From Longimicrobiales bacterium (GTDB taxonomy: Bacteria; Gemmatimonadota; Gemmatimonadetes; Longimicrobiales; Gaopeijiaceae), in the NCBI GenBank assembly GCA_965197725.1, contig CBDANQ010000001.1, positions 1-28,880 on the forward strand: a DNA stretch of 28,880 nt, in the 5' to 3' direction. Below are positions 1-7,979 of this stretch, one piece after another; position 1 is the first letter of the stretch; each line of letters opens with the position of its first letter. Position numbers and translations under genes: made by a program. The notes under the pieces are model-generated. The model did not search any database, was not told where the DNA came from, and was given only the letters and a program-made list of their open reading frames with translations.

Positions 1-18
1 GGCCAGGGAGAGAATTGG

Positions 19-282
19 ATGCGAGTAGAGCGTTCGGGGATCCGTCGTAAGATCGATGAGCGGCGTGCCCTCCTCCTTCGTCGGGGCGCACAGCGCCGCC
101 GCAACTACCGTCGGGCCTACGGGCGCCGCGCAGTCACGATGCACGTGTCAACCGAGCGTCGTGCGCCCGGGAACCGACGAGCGGATCTCCGGCGCGCCGG
201 CGTCGATCGACGCCTTACGGAAGCGCGCCGTGAAGGCGCTCGCCGCGCTCTCTTCGAGAGGCGAAGAGTCGTCATCGTCTAG
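19..282 (+). CDS. Small Arg-repeat protein (about 13 RR units, several RRxxxRR), possible tandem RxxxR c-di-GMP-binding protein
   Basis: AGGGAG at 5-10, 8 nt before the ATG; mostly G/C third codon positions; RR units spaced about 5-6 aa apart (DERR, TERR, VDRR, FERR); stop codon lies 1 nt before an in-frame GTG of the next gene. Confidence 0.65.
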   Translation: MRVERSGIRRKIDERRALLLRRGAQRRRNYRRAYGRRAVTMHVSTERRAPGNRRADLRRAGVDRRLTEARREGARRALFERRRVVIV

Positions 283-283
283 C

Positions 284-1963
284 GTGCGTCTGGGCTTCCC
301 CATAGCGTCCCGGGTGCCCAAGACCATCTCTCGCCGGCTGGTGTGTGCACTCGTCGCCCTCGCGGCGGGTGTCGTCTATTCGAACACGCTTTCCTACGGC
401 GCCGCCTGGGACGATTCCCGCATCGTGCTCGTGTCCGGAGCCACCGAAGGTCTCTCGGAGATCCCGGCGATGTTTCGCCACCCGCTGTCACGCGACGTAC
501 CGGTCGGGCGGAGCCCCTATCGCCCACTCACGGCCATCAGCTACGCGCTCGATTGGACCCTCGGCGGCGGGGAAGCGTCCTTCTTCCACTGGACGAATGT
601 GGCACTGCACGCTTTGGTTTCAGGACTCGTCGTGCTGCTGCTGTTCCGACTTGGTGCCACGACGCTTCCGGCGGCGGTGGGCGGACTGGTCTTCGCGGTG
701 CACCCGGTGCACGTGGAGGCCGTAGCGAACATCGCGGGCCGCTCCGAGTTGCTCGTCGGTCTCTTCGCTGTGACAGCGGCCGTGCTCTATTTGGTCCCTC
801 GCCCGGGGCTCAGTCTCTGGCGCCAACTCGCAATCCTGGCGCTGGCATCCGCAGCGATGCTCTCGAAGGAGCACGGAATCATGTTGCCCGCCGTCTTGAT
901 CGCTGTGGAGGGTCTGAGGCCGGGCGCGGAGGGGAATCCGCTACGTCGCGTGATCGCGCGGTGGCCACTCTGGGCCGGAATGAGCGCGGTAGGCGTCGGC
1001 TACATGTTGGCTCGGCGGGCCGTGCTGGGGGCGTTCACCACTGCGGACATGGCCCCGTTCATTGCGGTCCTTCCTCCCTGGCAGCGTGTCACCACGGCTG
1101 TCGCCAACTGGACTGAATACGCCCGGCTTCACCTCTTTCCTCTCGACCTCACGGTCGACTACGGACCAGCAGTCCTTTTACCCTCGACCCCCGCAGACCT
1201 CGCCTTCTGGTCGGGCCTCGCAACCGCTGGGCTGGCAGTCGGCTGTGCGGTGTGGGCGTACCGCCATCATCGCATGGGTACGCTCGGTCTCGCGTGGTTC
1301 GCGATCATCCTTCTGCCGTCGAGCAACCTGCTCGTCCCGATCGCCCAGTGGATGGCCGAGCGCTTCTTCTACCTGCCCTCGGTCGGGTTGTCGATGGCGG
1401 TCGTGGCCCTAGCAACGTGGGCTCGCGAACGGCTCGGCGACAGGGAGTTGCGGATGGCATCGGTGGGTGCCCTGCTCGCCGTTATGCTGCTCGCCGCTCG
1501 AGCCTGGACGCGGAACCAGACCTGGGTCGATACGGGAACCGTGATCGCCACCCTGGTCACCGAGCACCCGGAGGCCTTCCGAGCCCAGTGGTTCGTCGGG
1601 CGCCTGTACTTCGAGCAGGGCCGAGTCGAGGAAGCGTTCACCGCGCTCGACAGCGCCACGACGCTCCAGCCCAACGCCATCGAGTTTCCGATAGAGAGGG
1701 CCGAGTGGCTGTTGCGCCTCGGGCGAAGCGAAGAAGCCGAGCAGGCCATGAGGGAACTTCCGTTTGGGCGCCACGCCGACCGTGAAGCGCACCTGGTCCG
1801 GGCGCTCGTCGCTCAAGACCGGGCTGCCGCGGCCGATTCGGCGCTAGTGGCGGCGCGGCAGGCGTTTCCCGCCAACTCGCGGCTGGTGGCGCTCGCGGAT
1901 TCGATCGCGACGCTTCGGGCCCGCACCCCACCCGACACCGCTCGGCCAGATACCGCTCGCTAA
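284..1963 (+). CDS. TMTC/DUF1736-like GT-C protein O-glycosyltransferase with C-terminal TPR
   Basis: Motifs WDD, YRPL, FAVHPVHVEAV-x-IAGRSELL, SKE and AERFFYLPS; many TM helices; TPR-like tail. Start placed at GTG 284 (314 also possible) rather than 56. Confidence 0.85.
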   Translation: MRLGFPIASRVPKTISRRLVCALVALAAGVVYSNTLSYGAAWDDSRIVLVSGATEGLSEIPAMFRHPLSRDVPVGRSPYRPLTAISYALDWTLGGGEASFFHWTNVALHALVSGLVVLLLFRLGATTLPAAVGGLVFAVHPVHVEAVANIAGRSELLVGLFAVTAAVLYLVPRPGLSLWRQLAILALASAAMLSKEHGIMLPAVLIAVEGLRPGAEGNPLRRVIARWPLWAGMSAVGVGYMLARRAVLGAFTTADMAPFIAVLPPWQRVTTAVANWTEYARLHLFPLDLTVDYGPAVLLPSTPADLAFWSGLATAGLAVGCAVWAYRHHRMGTLGLAWFAIILLPSSNLLVPIAQWMAERFFYLPSVGLSMAVVALATWARERLGDRELRMASVGALLAVMLLAARAWTRNQTWVDTGTVIATLVTEHPEAFRAQWFVGRLYFEQGRVEEAFTALDSATTLQPNAIEFPIERAEWLLRLGRSEEAEQAMRELPFGRHADREAHLVRALVAQDRAAAADSALVAARQAFPANSRLVALADSIATLRARTPPDTARPDTAR

Positions 1964-2016
1964 AGCTCAGGCTCGCCGTCCGTGATCGGCTGCTCCTTAG
2001 CAGCCCATGGCAGCCG

Positions 2017-4212
2017 CTAGCGGACGAGCCGCCCTCGCGCATCGACCCTCATCGGAGGCGGCATGGGCAGCTCGCGTAGGCGGAAGAGCCGGTCCGGGGA
2101 GATGCGGAGGGTCGCGCTGACGGTGTCCGCATCAGCCTTGGTGAGGTCAACGGTGTAGCCCATGTCCTTCATCGCGCCGACGGTGATCGAGCTGAGCGGG
2201 TTGACGCTCCCGATGTTGATGAAGCCGGTCATGAGCTCGCGACCCATTTCCGCCTCGCGCCAGTGCGCGTCCGCGGTGCCCATGCCACCCGTGTTGGCAA
2301 CCGGGACCTTGTTCGTTGAAGTGCCACCGTTCAGGTCGTATTGCTTCACTGCCTCCGTGCCCGGCCAGTACGGATCGGTGCCGGCGGAGTCGACGAGCGT
2401 CGTCGTCCAGGGCGTGCCGAGGCCGAACCCGAACACGTGTCCCATCTCGTGGATGATCGTCTCCACGAGGTCGCTCGAAACCTCGAGATCGGAGAGGTCG
2501 GCCTCGTCCAACTGCATTACCCCCACGAGTGCGAGGTTCCCGGTCGTGCGCACGACGCAAGGACCCGCCTGACCAAGGACGCCTCCAGATCCGTCGATCG
2601 CTGTCACCTCGGCGAAGATCACGACGTCGTCGATGGTCTCGGCCACCGCGGGGTGAGCGACCGTGACACAATCAGCAGCGGCGAGCGTTACCGCTACGGC
2701 GGCAAGGTCCCCGATGAGGAGGTCTTCCCACCGGGACTCGGCGTCGCTGAAGGCGGTCTGCACGCTCGCGGACGGAAGGGTGCCCACGAAGCGCACCTCG
2801 ATATCGAACAGACTCACCGCTATGACCGTGACGTGCGTGGAGTCCGCACCGTTGTCCTCCGTTCCGCGGACCCAGGCGGTGCCAGGCGCTACGCCGGTGA
2901 CCACACCTGTGGACGTGACCGTGGCCACGTCGGTGTCCGTGGACGCCCAGGTGGCAGTGGGCCCGAGAATCTCGGTGCCCGCAGCATCGAAGAACCTCGC
3001 CGAAACGTTTCCGATGCCCCCGACACTGAGGCTCAGCGAATCGGGCGAGACATCGACAGAGTCCACGGTAACGACCACCACCATGACGTCGGCTGTATCG
3101 GCCACCGGCCCGGCCGTGGCGATGACGGTCGTGGTTCCCGCAGCAACCGCTGTAGCGAGGCCGACGCCCGTGATAGTTGCTACGGTAACGTCCGCGGAAG
3201 ACCACGTTACGCTCGGGTCGGAGATCGGATTCGCGTTCCCGTCTTCGGCAGCGGCCGTGAACGTCAACTGCGCGCCTGGGATCAGCGTAGCCAACGCGGG
3301 CGTGACTACGACCGTCGCGGGGATCTGGGTCACGTTGACCTGGATCGCTTTTTGAACGGTATCGCCGATGACCGTCACAGTGGTCGCTCCCCCTCCGATC
3401 GCGGTGACCAGGCCGGTCACCGAGTCGACGGTCGCGATCAAGGTATCCTCCCCCATGAAGGTCACGACGAACTCGCTGAGCGTACCGCCCGCAGCGTCGA
3501 CCACGGTTCCGACGACCGTAACGGTGTCCCCGATCGCGTCGAAGGCGATGGTGGACGGAGCCACCTCGATGTCCGCGGGTCCGGTGGCCACACGGACCGT
3601 GAGGGATGCCAGGACCGAACCCGCCGTGGCGATCACCGTCGTCGTGCCTTGCCCAATGGACTTCACCACGCCATCCGGGCCCACGGTCGCGATCGTGGTA
3701 TCGGCGGCAGACCAGACGATGTCGGAGCTCGGGAGTCCCTGTCCCCCGCCGTCGACGACCGTGGCGGTCACGGTTTGGCTCTGCTGTAACTCGGTGAAGA
3801 GGAACTCGTCCTCGCTGAGCGTGATCGTGGAGGGCACGCGCTTGACCGTGACCCGTGCCGTATCGACGATGTTCACGGTGCGCACGACGATTTCCGCGGT
3901 CCCCTCGGTCATGGCTCGGACCACACCAGTCGCCGTGACTGTCGCGACCGCAGCATCTGTGGTCGTCCAGCTAAAGCTCACACCCGTAGCCGGAGAGCCG
4001 TCGCCAGAGAGGAGCTGCGCGGTGAGCTGAGCGGTTGCCCCGATAAAGCCCAGGCTCGTCGCGGACGGAGAAAGCGTGATCGACGCGGAGACGGCGTCCG
4101 GCTCGAGCGGCAGCCGACGGATGCCGCTGGAATCGGGACTGCAACTCGTTAGTAGAGTGACCGCCGCAAGCGATGTCCAAGTCCAGGCTCGTGCTCCGGT
4201 ATGGCTAACCAT
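2017..4212 (-). CDS. Lipoprotein with about 5 Thr/Val-rich Ig-like (Big_2-type) repeats and a leishmanolysin/M8-like zinc metalloprotease domain
   Basis: Lipobox LTSC; repeated W-S/T-x-x-D-x-x-(V/I)ATV...G units; GVLGQAGP, HEMGHVFG, HWRE and ELMT motifs. Confidence 0.85.
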   Translation of the reverse strand: MVSHTGARAWTWTSLAAVTLLTSCSPDSSGIRRLPLEPDAVSASITLSPSATSLGFIGATAQLTAQLLSGDGSPATGVSFSWTTTDAAVATVTATGVVRAMTEGTAEIVVRTVNIVDTARVTVKRVPSTITLSEDEFLFTELQQSQTVTATVVDGGGQGLPSSDIVWSAADTTIATVGPDGVVKSIGQGTTTVIATAGSVLASLTVRVATGPADIEVAPSTIAFDAIGDTVTVVGTVVDAAGGTLSEFVVTFMGEDTLIATVDSVTGLVTAIGGGATTVTVIGDTVQKAIQVNVTQIPATVVVTPALATLIPGAQLTFTAAAEDGNANPISDPSVTWSSADVTVATITGVGLATAVAAGTTTVIATAGPVADTADVMVVVVTVDSVDVSPDSLSLSVGGIGNVSARFFDAAGTEILGPTATWASTDTDVATVTSTGVVTGVAPGTAWVRGTEDNGADSTHVTVIAVSLFDIEVRFVGTLPSASVQTAFSDAESRWEDLLIGDLAAVAVTLAAADCVTVAHPAVAETIDDVVIFAEVTAIDGSGGVLGQAGPCVVRTTGNLALVGVMQLDEADLSDLEVSSDLVETIIHEMGHVFGFGLGTPWTTTLVDSAGTDPYWPGTEAVKQYDLNGGTSTNKVPVANTGGMGTADAHWREAEMGRELMTGFINIGSVNPLSSITVGAMKDMGYTVDLTKADADTVSATLRISPDRLFRLRELPMPPPMRVDARGRLVR

Positions 4213-4222
4213 GAAATACTCT

Positions 4223-5852
4223 GGGTGAATTCAAGCGGTCGTCGCAACACCTCGAGGAGGAGTTGCGATGGAGGCAAGCAAGCGCCGACGAGCGGATCGA
4301 GCTCTACGTCCACAGATGCGTTCACCAGGCCGTCCGCCGGTGGGACGCCGCGAGCATCGGCAGAGGTTCTGGGAAGAGGTCGCTCGAGGTCTGTCGAGCG
4401 AGGAGGCCGCCGTGGCAGCGGGTGTGTCCCCCGCTGTCGGGGTGCGCTGGTTTCGCGAATGTGGTGGCATGGCACCCCTCAATCTTCGTCCCCAGTCACG
4501 GCGCTATCTTTCGTTCGTTGAGCGAGAAGAGATCGCCGTTCTTCGAGCCCGTGGTCGTGGCGTGCGCGAGATCGCCCGGCAGTTGGGCCGCTCACCCTCG
4601 ACGATCTCGCGAGAACTGGGGCGAAACGCAGCTACACGGGGAGGCAATCTCGAGTATCGGGCCACGACCGCTCAATGGCACGCCGATCGGCGAGCGAAAC
4701 GTCCCAAGCTTGCGAAGCTCGCTACGAACGGTGAACTGAGGCAGTATGTACAGGATCGCCTCGGAGGCCTGATCGCGGCTTCAGATGGTACGGCCGTGGC
4801 GGGCCCCGATGTGCGCTGGATCGGACGGCGTCGCGGTCGCCGACAAGACCGGCGGTGGGCGGTCTCGTGGAGTCCCGAGCAGATCGCCAACAGGCTACGG
4901 GTCGACTTCCCCGACGATGAGTCCATGCGTATATCGCACGAAGCCATCTACCAGGCGCTCTACGTTCAGGGCCGTGGTGCGCTGCGACGGGAGCTGACAG
5001 CGTGCCTTCGGACGGGACGCGCGCTACGGGTGCCTCGAGCTCGCACCCGCGGACGGGGCAAGACGTTCGTTCACCCCGAGATCATGCTCAGTGAGCGACC
5101 GGCCGAGGCAGACGACCGCGCCGTTCCCGGGCACTGGGAAGGCGACCTGATCCTGGGACTGGGCAGTTCGGCGATCGGAACGCTGGTCGAGCGGGCCTCC
5201 CGGTTTACGATGCTGCTCCACCTCCCCCGCCTTGACAAACACGGCGAGCCCAGGACCAAGAACGGTCCAGCGTTGGCTGGACACGGTGCCGAAGCCGTCC
5301 GGGACGCGATTGCTTCGTCGATCACGACCCTGCCCGAGCAACTCCGCCGGTCTCTGACATGGGACCAGGGAACAGAGATGGCTCAGCACGAACGGCTTCG
5401 CATCGATACTGGCCTGGCCGTCTACTTCTGCGACCCGCAGAGCCCGTGGCAGCGCGGCACGAACGAAAACACGAACGGCCTGTTGAGACAGTACTTCCCG
5501 AAGGGCACCGACCTCAGCAGACATACCGCTGACGATCTCGCCGCCGTCGCAGCCGCTCTCAACAGCCGCCCCCGCAAGACCCTCGGTTGGAGAACTCCGG
5601 CGGAAACCTTGGAAAATCTGTTGTCATCAAAGGACCAGACCTCAACCTTGCGTTGAAATGCTCTACCGCTCCCGTATCTCCAGCCTTCAACGACCTTCGG
5701 TCGCTTCTGACTCCCTCGGGTTGGGGAGACATCAAGAACTGACTTCTTTCTGTCTGGACCCCATCGCCCTCGCCAGCCTAGTGTCCAGCAACATCGGGGC
5801 GCATGAAAACCCTTCAACACGGTACTGTTGCGACGACCGCTTGAACCTAGGC
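4223..5852 (+). mobile_element. IS30-family insertion sequence (outer ends uncertain by a few bp)
   Basis: Perfect 20-bp inverted repeat TTCAAGCGGTCGTCGCAACA at 4230-4249 and 5826-5845 flanking an IS30 transposase. Confidence 0.9.
4268..5656 (+). CDS. IS30-family DDE transposase
   Basis: HTH (REIARQLGRSPSTISREL), WSPEQIA, GHWEGDL, LTWDQG, PWQRGTNENTNGLLRQYFPKG. Confidence 0.95.
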   Translation: MEASKRRRADRALRPQMRSPGRPPVGRREHRQRFWEEVARGLSSEEAAVAAGVSPAVGVRWFRECGGMAPLNLRPQSRRYLSFVEREEIAVLRARGRGVREIARQLGRSPSTISRELGRNAATRGGNLEYRATTAQWHADRRAKRPKLAKLATNGELRQYVQDRLGGLIAASDGTAVAGPDVRWIGRRRGRRQDRRWAVSWSPEQIANRLRVDFPDDESMRISHEAIYQALYVQGRGALRRELTACLRTGRALRVPRARTRGRGKTFVHPEIMLSERPAEADDRAVPGHWEGDLILGLGSSAIGTLVERASRFTMLLHLPRLDKHGEPRTKNGPALAGHGAEAVRDAIASSITTLPEQLRRSLTWDQGTEMAQHERLRIDTGLAVYFCDPQSPWQRGTNENTNGLLRQYFPKGTDLSRHTADDLAAVAAALNSRPRKTLGWRTPAETLENLLSSKDQTSTLR

Positions 5853-6388
5853 TGTGCAGGCCGATCAGAAACCAAAACGCTGCCGTGGGAACGCGGTCCC
5901 CAACGATTATTTGTCGCTAAGCTACTAGGTCCGTTTCTCACGCGTCGCCACAGTCATCTCAGGTCGCCGAGGACTGGTCCTCTTCGTCCGGCCGCGGGCT
6001 ACCGGGCGTGCACCACCCCGTCCGCAACCCGCATGATGGACTCGAGGGACCTGAAGGGCGCGGCAAGGCAGCTCCGCGTGGTCGACGCCCGAATCCGTCG
6101 GGCGGCCCGTCTTTCCGCTGATCGTGGCCGCGCTGATCCTGGCGAGCGTGCTCGCAACGGCGGGATCCCGGGGGAGTGCTGCCGGGGCGTCCAGAGGCGT
6201 GGAATCTGATTCTTGCCTTGCGGCCGCTGTCTTAGCATCATCTTATTCGGTGCGTGCGGGCAGGTGCCAGCATCGGTTGCAAGCCTCAGGGGGGGCCGCT
6301 GCAGGCCGGCGAACCCGAAAGGGACTGTCCGCGCTCCCTCCCCCCTGCTCGCACATTTCGAGCATGACGACTGCGTGCCAGATGCGTC

Positions 6389-6676
6389 TCATTCCTCGTC
6401 GGGCGGGCCGATCGAGCGCCGCGTACCGGGCGACTCAAGCAGATCCTTGTAGAAGTCTCGCTCCTCCTCCAGGTGGGCAACGCGGCCACTCACATGGTCG
6501 ATCGCCTCGCGAATACCTTCGAGCTCTGCGGATCCGCCCCGTGGCGGGCCTGCTTTCAGCTGCGGGGGTGAGGACCGACCACTCGTTACTTTGCCGACGG
6601 TTCTCACTATGCTGGTGATGATGCCCCCGACTGTGATGATGGCGACCAAACTGAGGACAAACTCGAACGGGTCCAA
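6389..6676 (-). CDS. Small membrane protein with an N-terminal TM helix and a coiled coil (PspB-like architecture)
   Basis: GAAAGGAG RBS before a TTG start; hydrophobic N-terminus; heptad segment LEGIREAIDHVSGRVAHLEEE. Confidence 0.7.
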   Translation of the reverse strand: MDPFEFVLSLVAIITVGGIITSIVRTVGKVTSGRSSPPQLKAGPPRGGSAELEGIREAIDHVSGRVAHLEEERDFYKDLLESPGTRRSIGPPDEE

Positions 6677-6789
6677 GTGTTGGACTCCTTTCTGGGATCT
6701 TGGCAGCTACGGGCTCGAGAACCCTAACGGATGATACCCGAGCCAGTCGCGCTTTGTGTGCGGAGCGAGAGGCTGCCGGCCGGGCCGGC

Positions 6790-7173
6790 TCAGAACTCCT
6801 CCAGCAGCTTTTTGGCCTTCTTGGGGTTGTCGCAGACGATGGCGATCTCGATGAGGTCGTCCGTGATCCCAGTCACGTAGAGCGCCTCGAGGTTGATTCC
6901 CACATCGCCGAGTCGGTTCGTGACGGCAGCGAGCTCGCCCGGATTGTTCTCGAGTAGCACCGTGTGCACTTCGCTCTCCTCGAAACGGATGTTCGCTGCC
7001 TGGAATGCGTGGCGTGCTATTTCGATATCGTCGGGGATGATGCGCGCGATCGCGTGGCCGCCGACACCGACCACCGCGAGCGCCCTGATGTTGGCACCGA
7101 ATCGCGCGAGCGCCTGCGCCACCCGGGCGAGATCGCCGGGGCGATGCGTCAGTTGGATCGAGCAGTCCTTCAT
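6790..7173 (-). CDS. Tandem ACT-domain protein
   Basis: Two repeats, HRPGDLARVAQAL...GANI and NNPGELAAVTNRL...GINL; AGGAGAGG RBS before ATG 7173. Confidence 0.9.
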   Translation of the reverse strand: MKDCSIQLTHRPGDLARVAQALARFGANIRALAVVGVGGHAIARIIPDDIEIARHAFQAANIRFEESEVHTVLLENNPGELAAVTNRLGDVGINLEALYVTGITDDLIEIAIVCDNPKKAKKLLEEF

Positions 7174-7441
7174 GATCCTCTCCTGTGAGACAGCGGAAGC
7201 CGCGCCCGTCATCCCCTCGAGCCTAATTCTTCGGGTACATCTGAAGCGTGGCAAGGCGCCCTTTCGGGCAGCCGTCTGTCCTCCTCTCAACCATCCCCCC
7301 CCCCCTCATTGCCTACCCGCATCCCAGCGAGAGCGTTCTCGACGACCGCTTTCGAGGTGCTGCCCAGCCCCCCCCCCCCGCCCCACCACGTCCTACACGC
7401 CCCTTCTTCGAATCGAACGCGCGCAGCAGGGAGGTGGACCG

Positions 7442-7552
7442 ATGATCTCCCTCAAGACCGGGATCTCGATCAAGGTCCGTCTCCTCGCGCGCTTGATCGG
7501 GATTCTCCTGAAGATCGAGCAACAGCTACTCAAGTCAGGATTGCACGCCTGA
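7442..7552 (+). CDS. 36-aa cationic amphipathic small protein MISLKTGISIKVRLLARLIGILLKIEQQLLKSGLHA
   Basis: GGGAGGT Shine-Dalgarno at 7429-7435; codons strongly G/C-ending; below the ORF-track size cut-off as a separate call. Confidence 0.55.
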   Translation: MISLKTGISIKVRLLARLIGILLKIEQQLLKSGLHA

Positions 7553-7632
7553 CGGCCGAAGTACGCAGGATGGCCGAAGAGGCGCCCAGAGAACAACTCC
7601 CTGGGCTCTTGAGGCGCCGGAGGCGATGTAGT

Positions 7633-7659
7633 AAAGACCCGTTGTGTTTCCAGGCCTTT
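7633..7659 (-). terminator. Hairpin directly downstream of the tRNA-Cys 3' fragment
   Basis: Minus strand AAAGGCCTG-N9-CGGGTCTTT, a 9-bp stem with 2 G-U pairs. Confidence 0.4.
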
Positions 7660-7664
7660 CTCAG

Positions 7665-7704
7665 AGGCGCTGCTCGGCTCGAACCGGGGATAAAGGATTT
7701 GCAG
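7665..7704 (-). pseudogene. 3' half of tRNA-Cys(GCA); probable att site of an integrative element
   Basis: Minus strand CTGCAAATCCTTTATCCCCGGTTCGAGCCGAGCAGCGCCT gives an anticodon loop with GCA, a variable loop, a T arm with GGTTCGA and the acceptor 3' strand; no D arm or 5' half upstream. Confidence 0.8.
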
Positions 7705-7819
7705 ATGTCTCCGGGTGTTCCTGAATCACTCGGGAAGTCTCGTTTCCTTACCGCGGCAGGCTTTCCGAGCTTGGGCTCTTCGTCCTGTCTCGGCCCTTCT
7801 CGTCCTCTTTGGGGAGCTT

Positions 7820-7838
7820 TGTGCCCACGATGTGCCCA
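7820..7838 (+). repeat. TGTGCCCA-N3-TGTGCCCA tandem repeat (integrase arm-type site candidate)
   Basis: Exact 8-mers at 7820-7827 and 7831-7838; an inverted copy with the same spacing lies at 15470-15488. Confidence 0.65.
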
Positions 7839-7979
7839 TGGCGGACGCAGCCTCACGAAAGGGGGTAGCGGGTTCTTCTGTCACCAACAACGTCACCACG
7901 GCGGAGCCGCTTTGCGTGGGGATGCCTAAACCGGCTTCGCCTCGACCGTACCTAGTAAGAAGTGCCCGTTCAGTAAGGT

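Noticed and set aside
56..283. N-terminal extension of the TMTC-like ORF
   Set aside because: Low-complexity shadow frame of the 19-282 gene, which has the better RBS and codon pattern.
2341..4030. Long plus-strand ORFs opposite the lipoprotein, and similar antisense ORFs elsewhere
   Set aside because: Antisense shadows typical of GC-rich coding DNA, with no recognisable motifs.
7665..7745. Intact tRNA-Cys gene
   Set aside because: No 5' acceptor strand or D arm, and the T loop is one base short.
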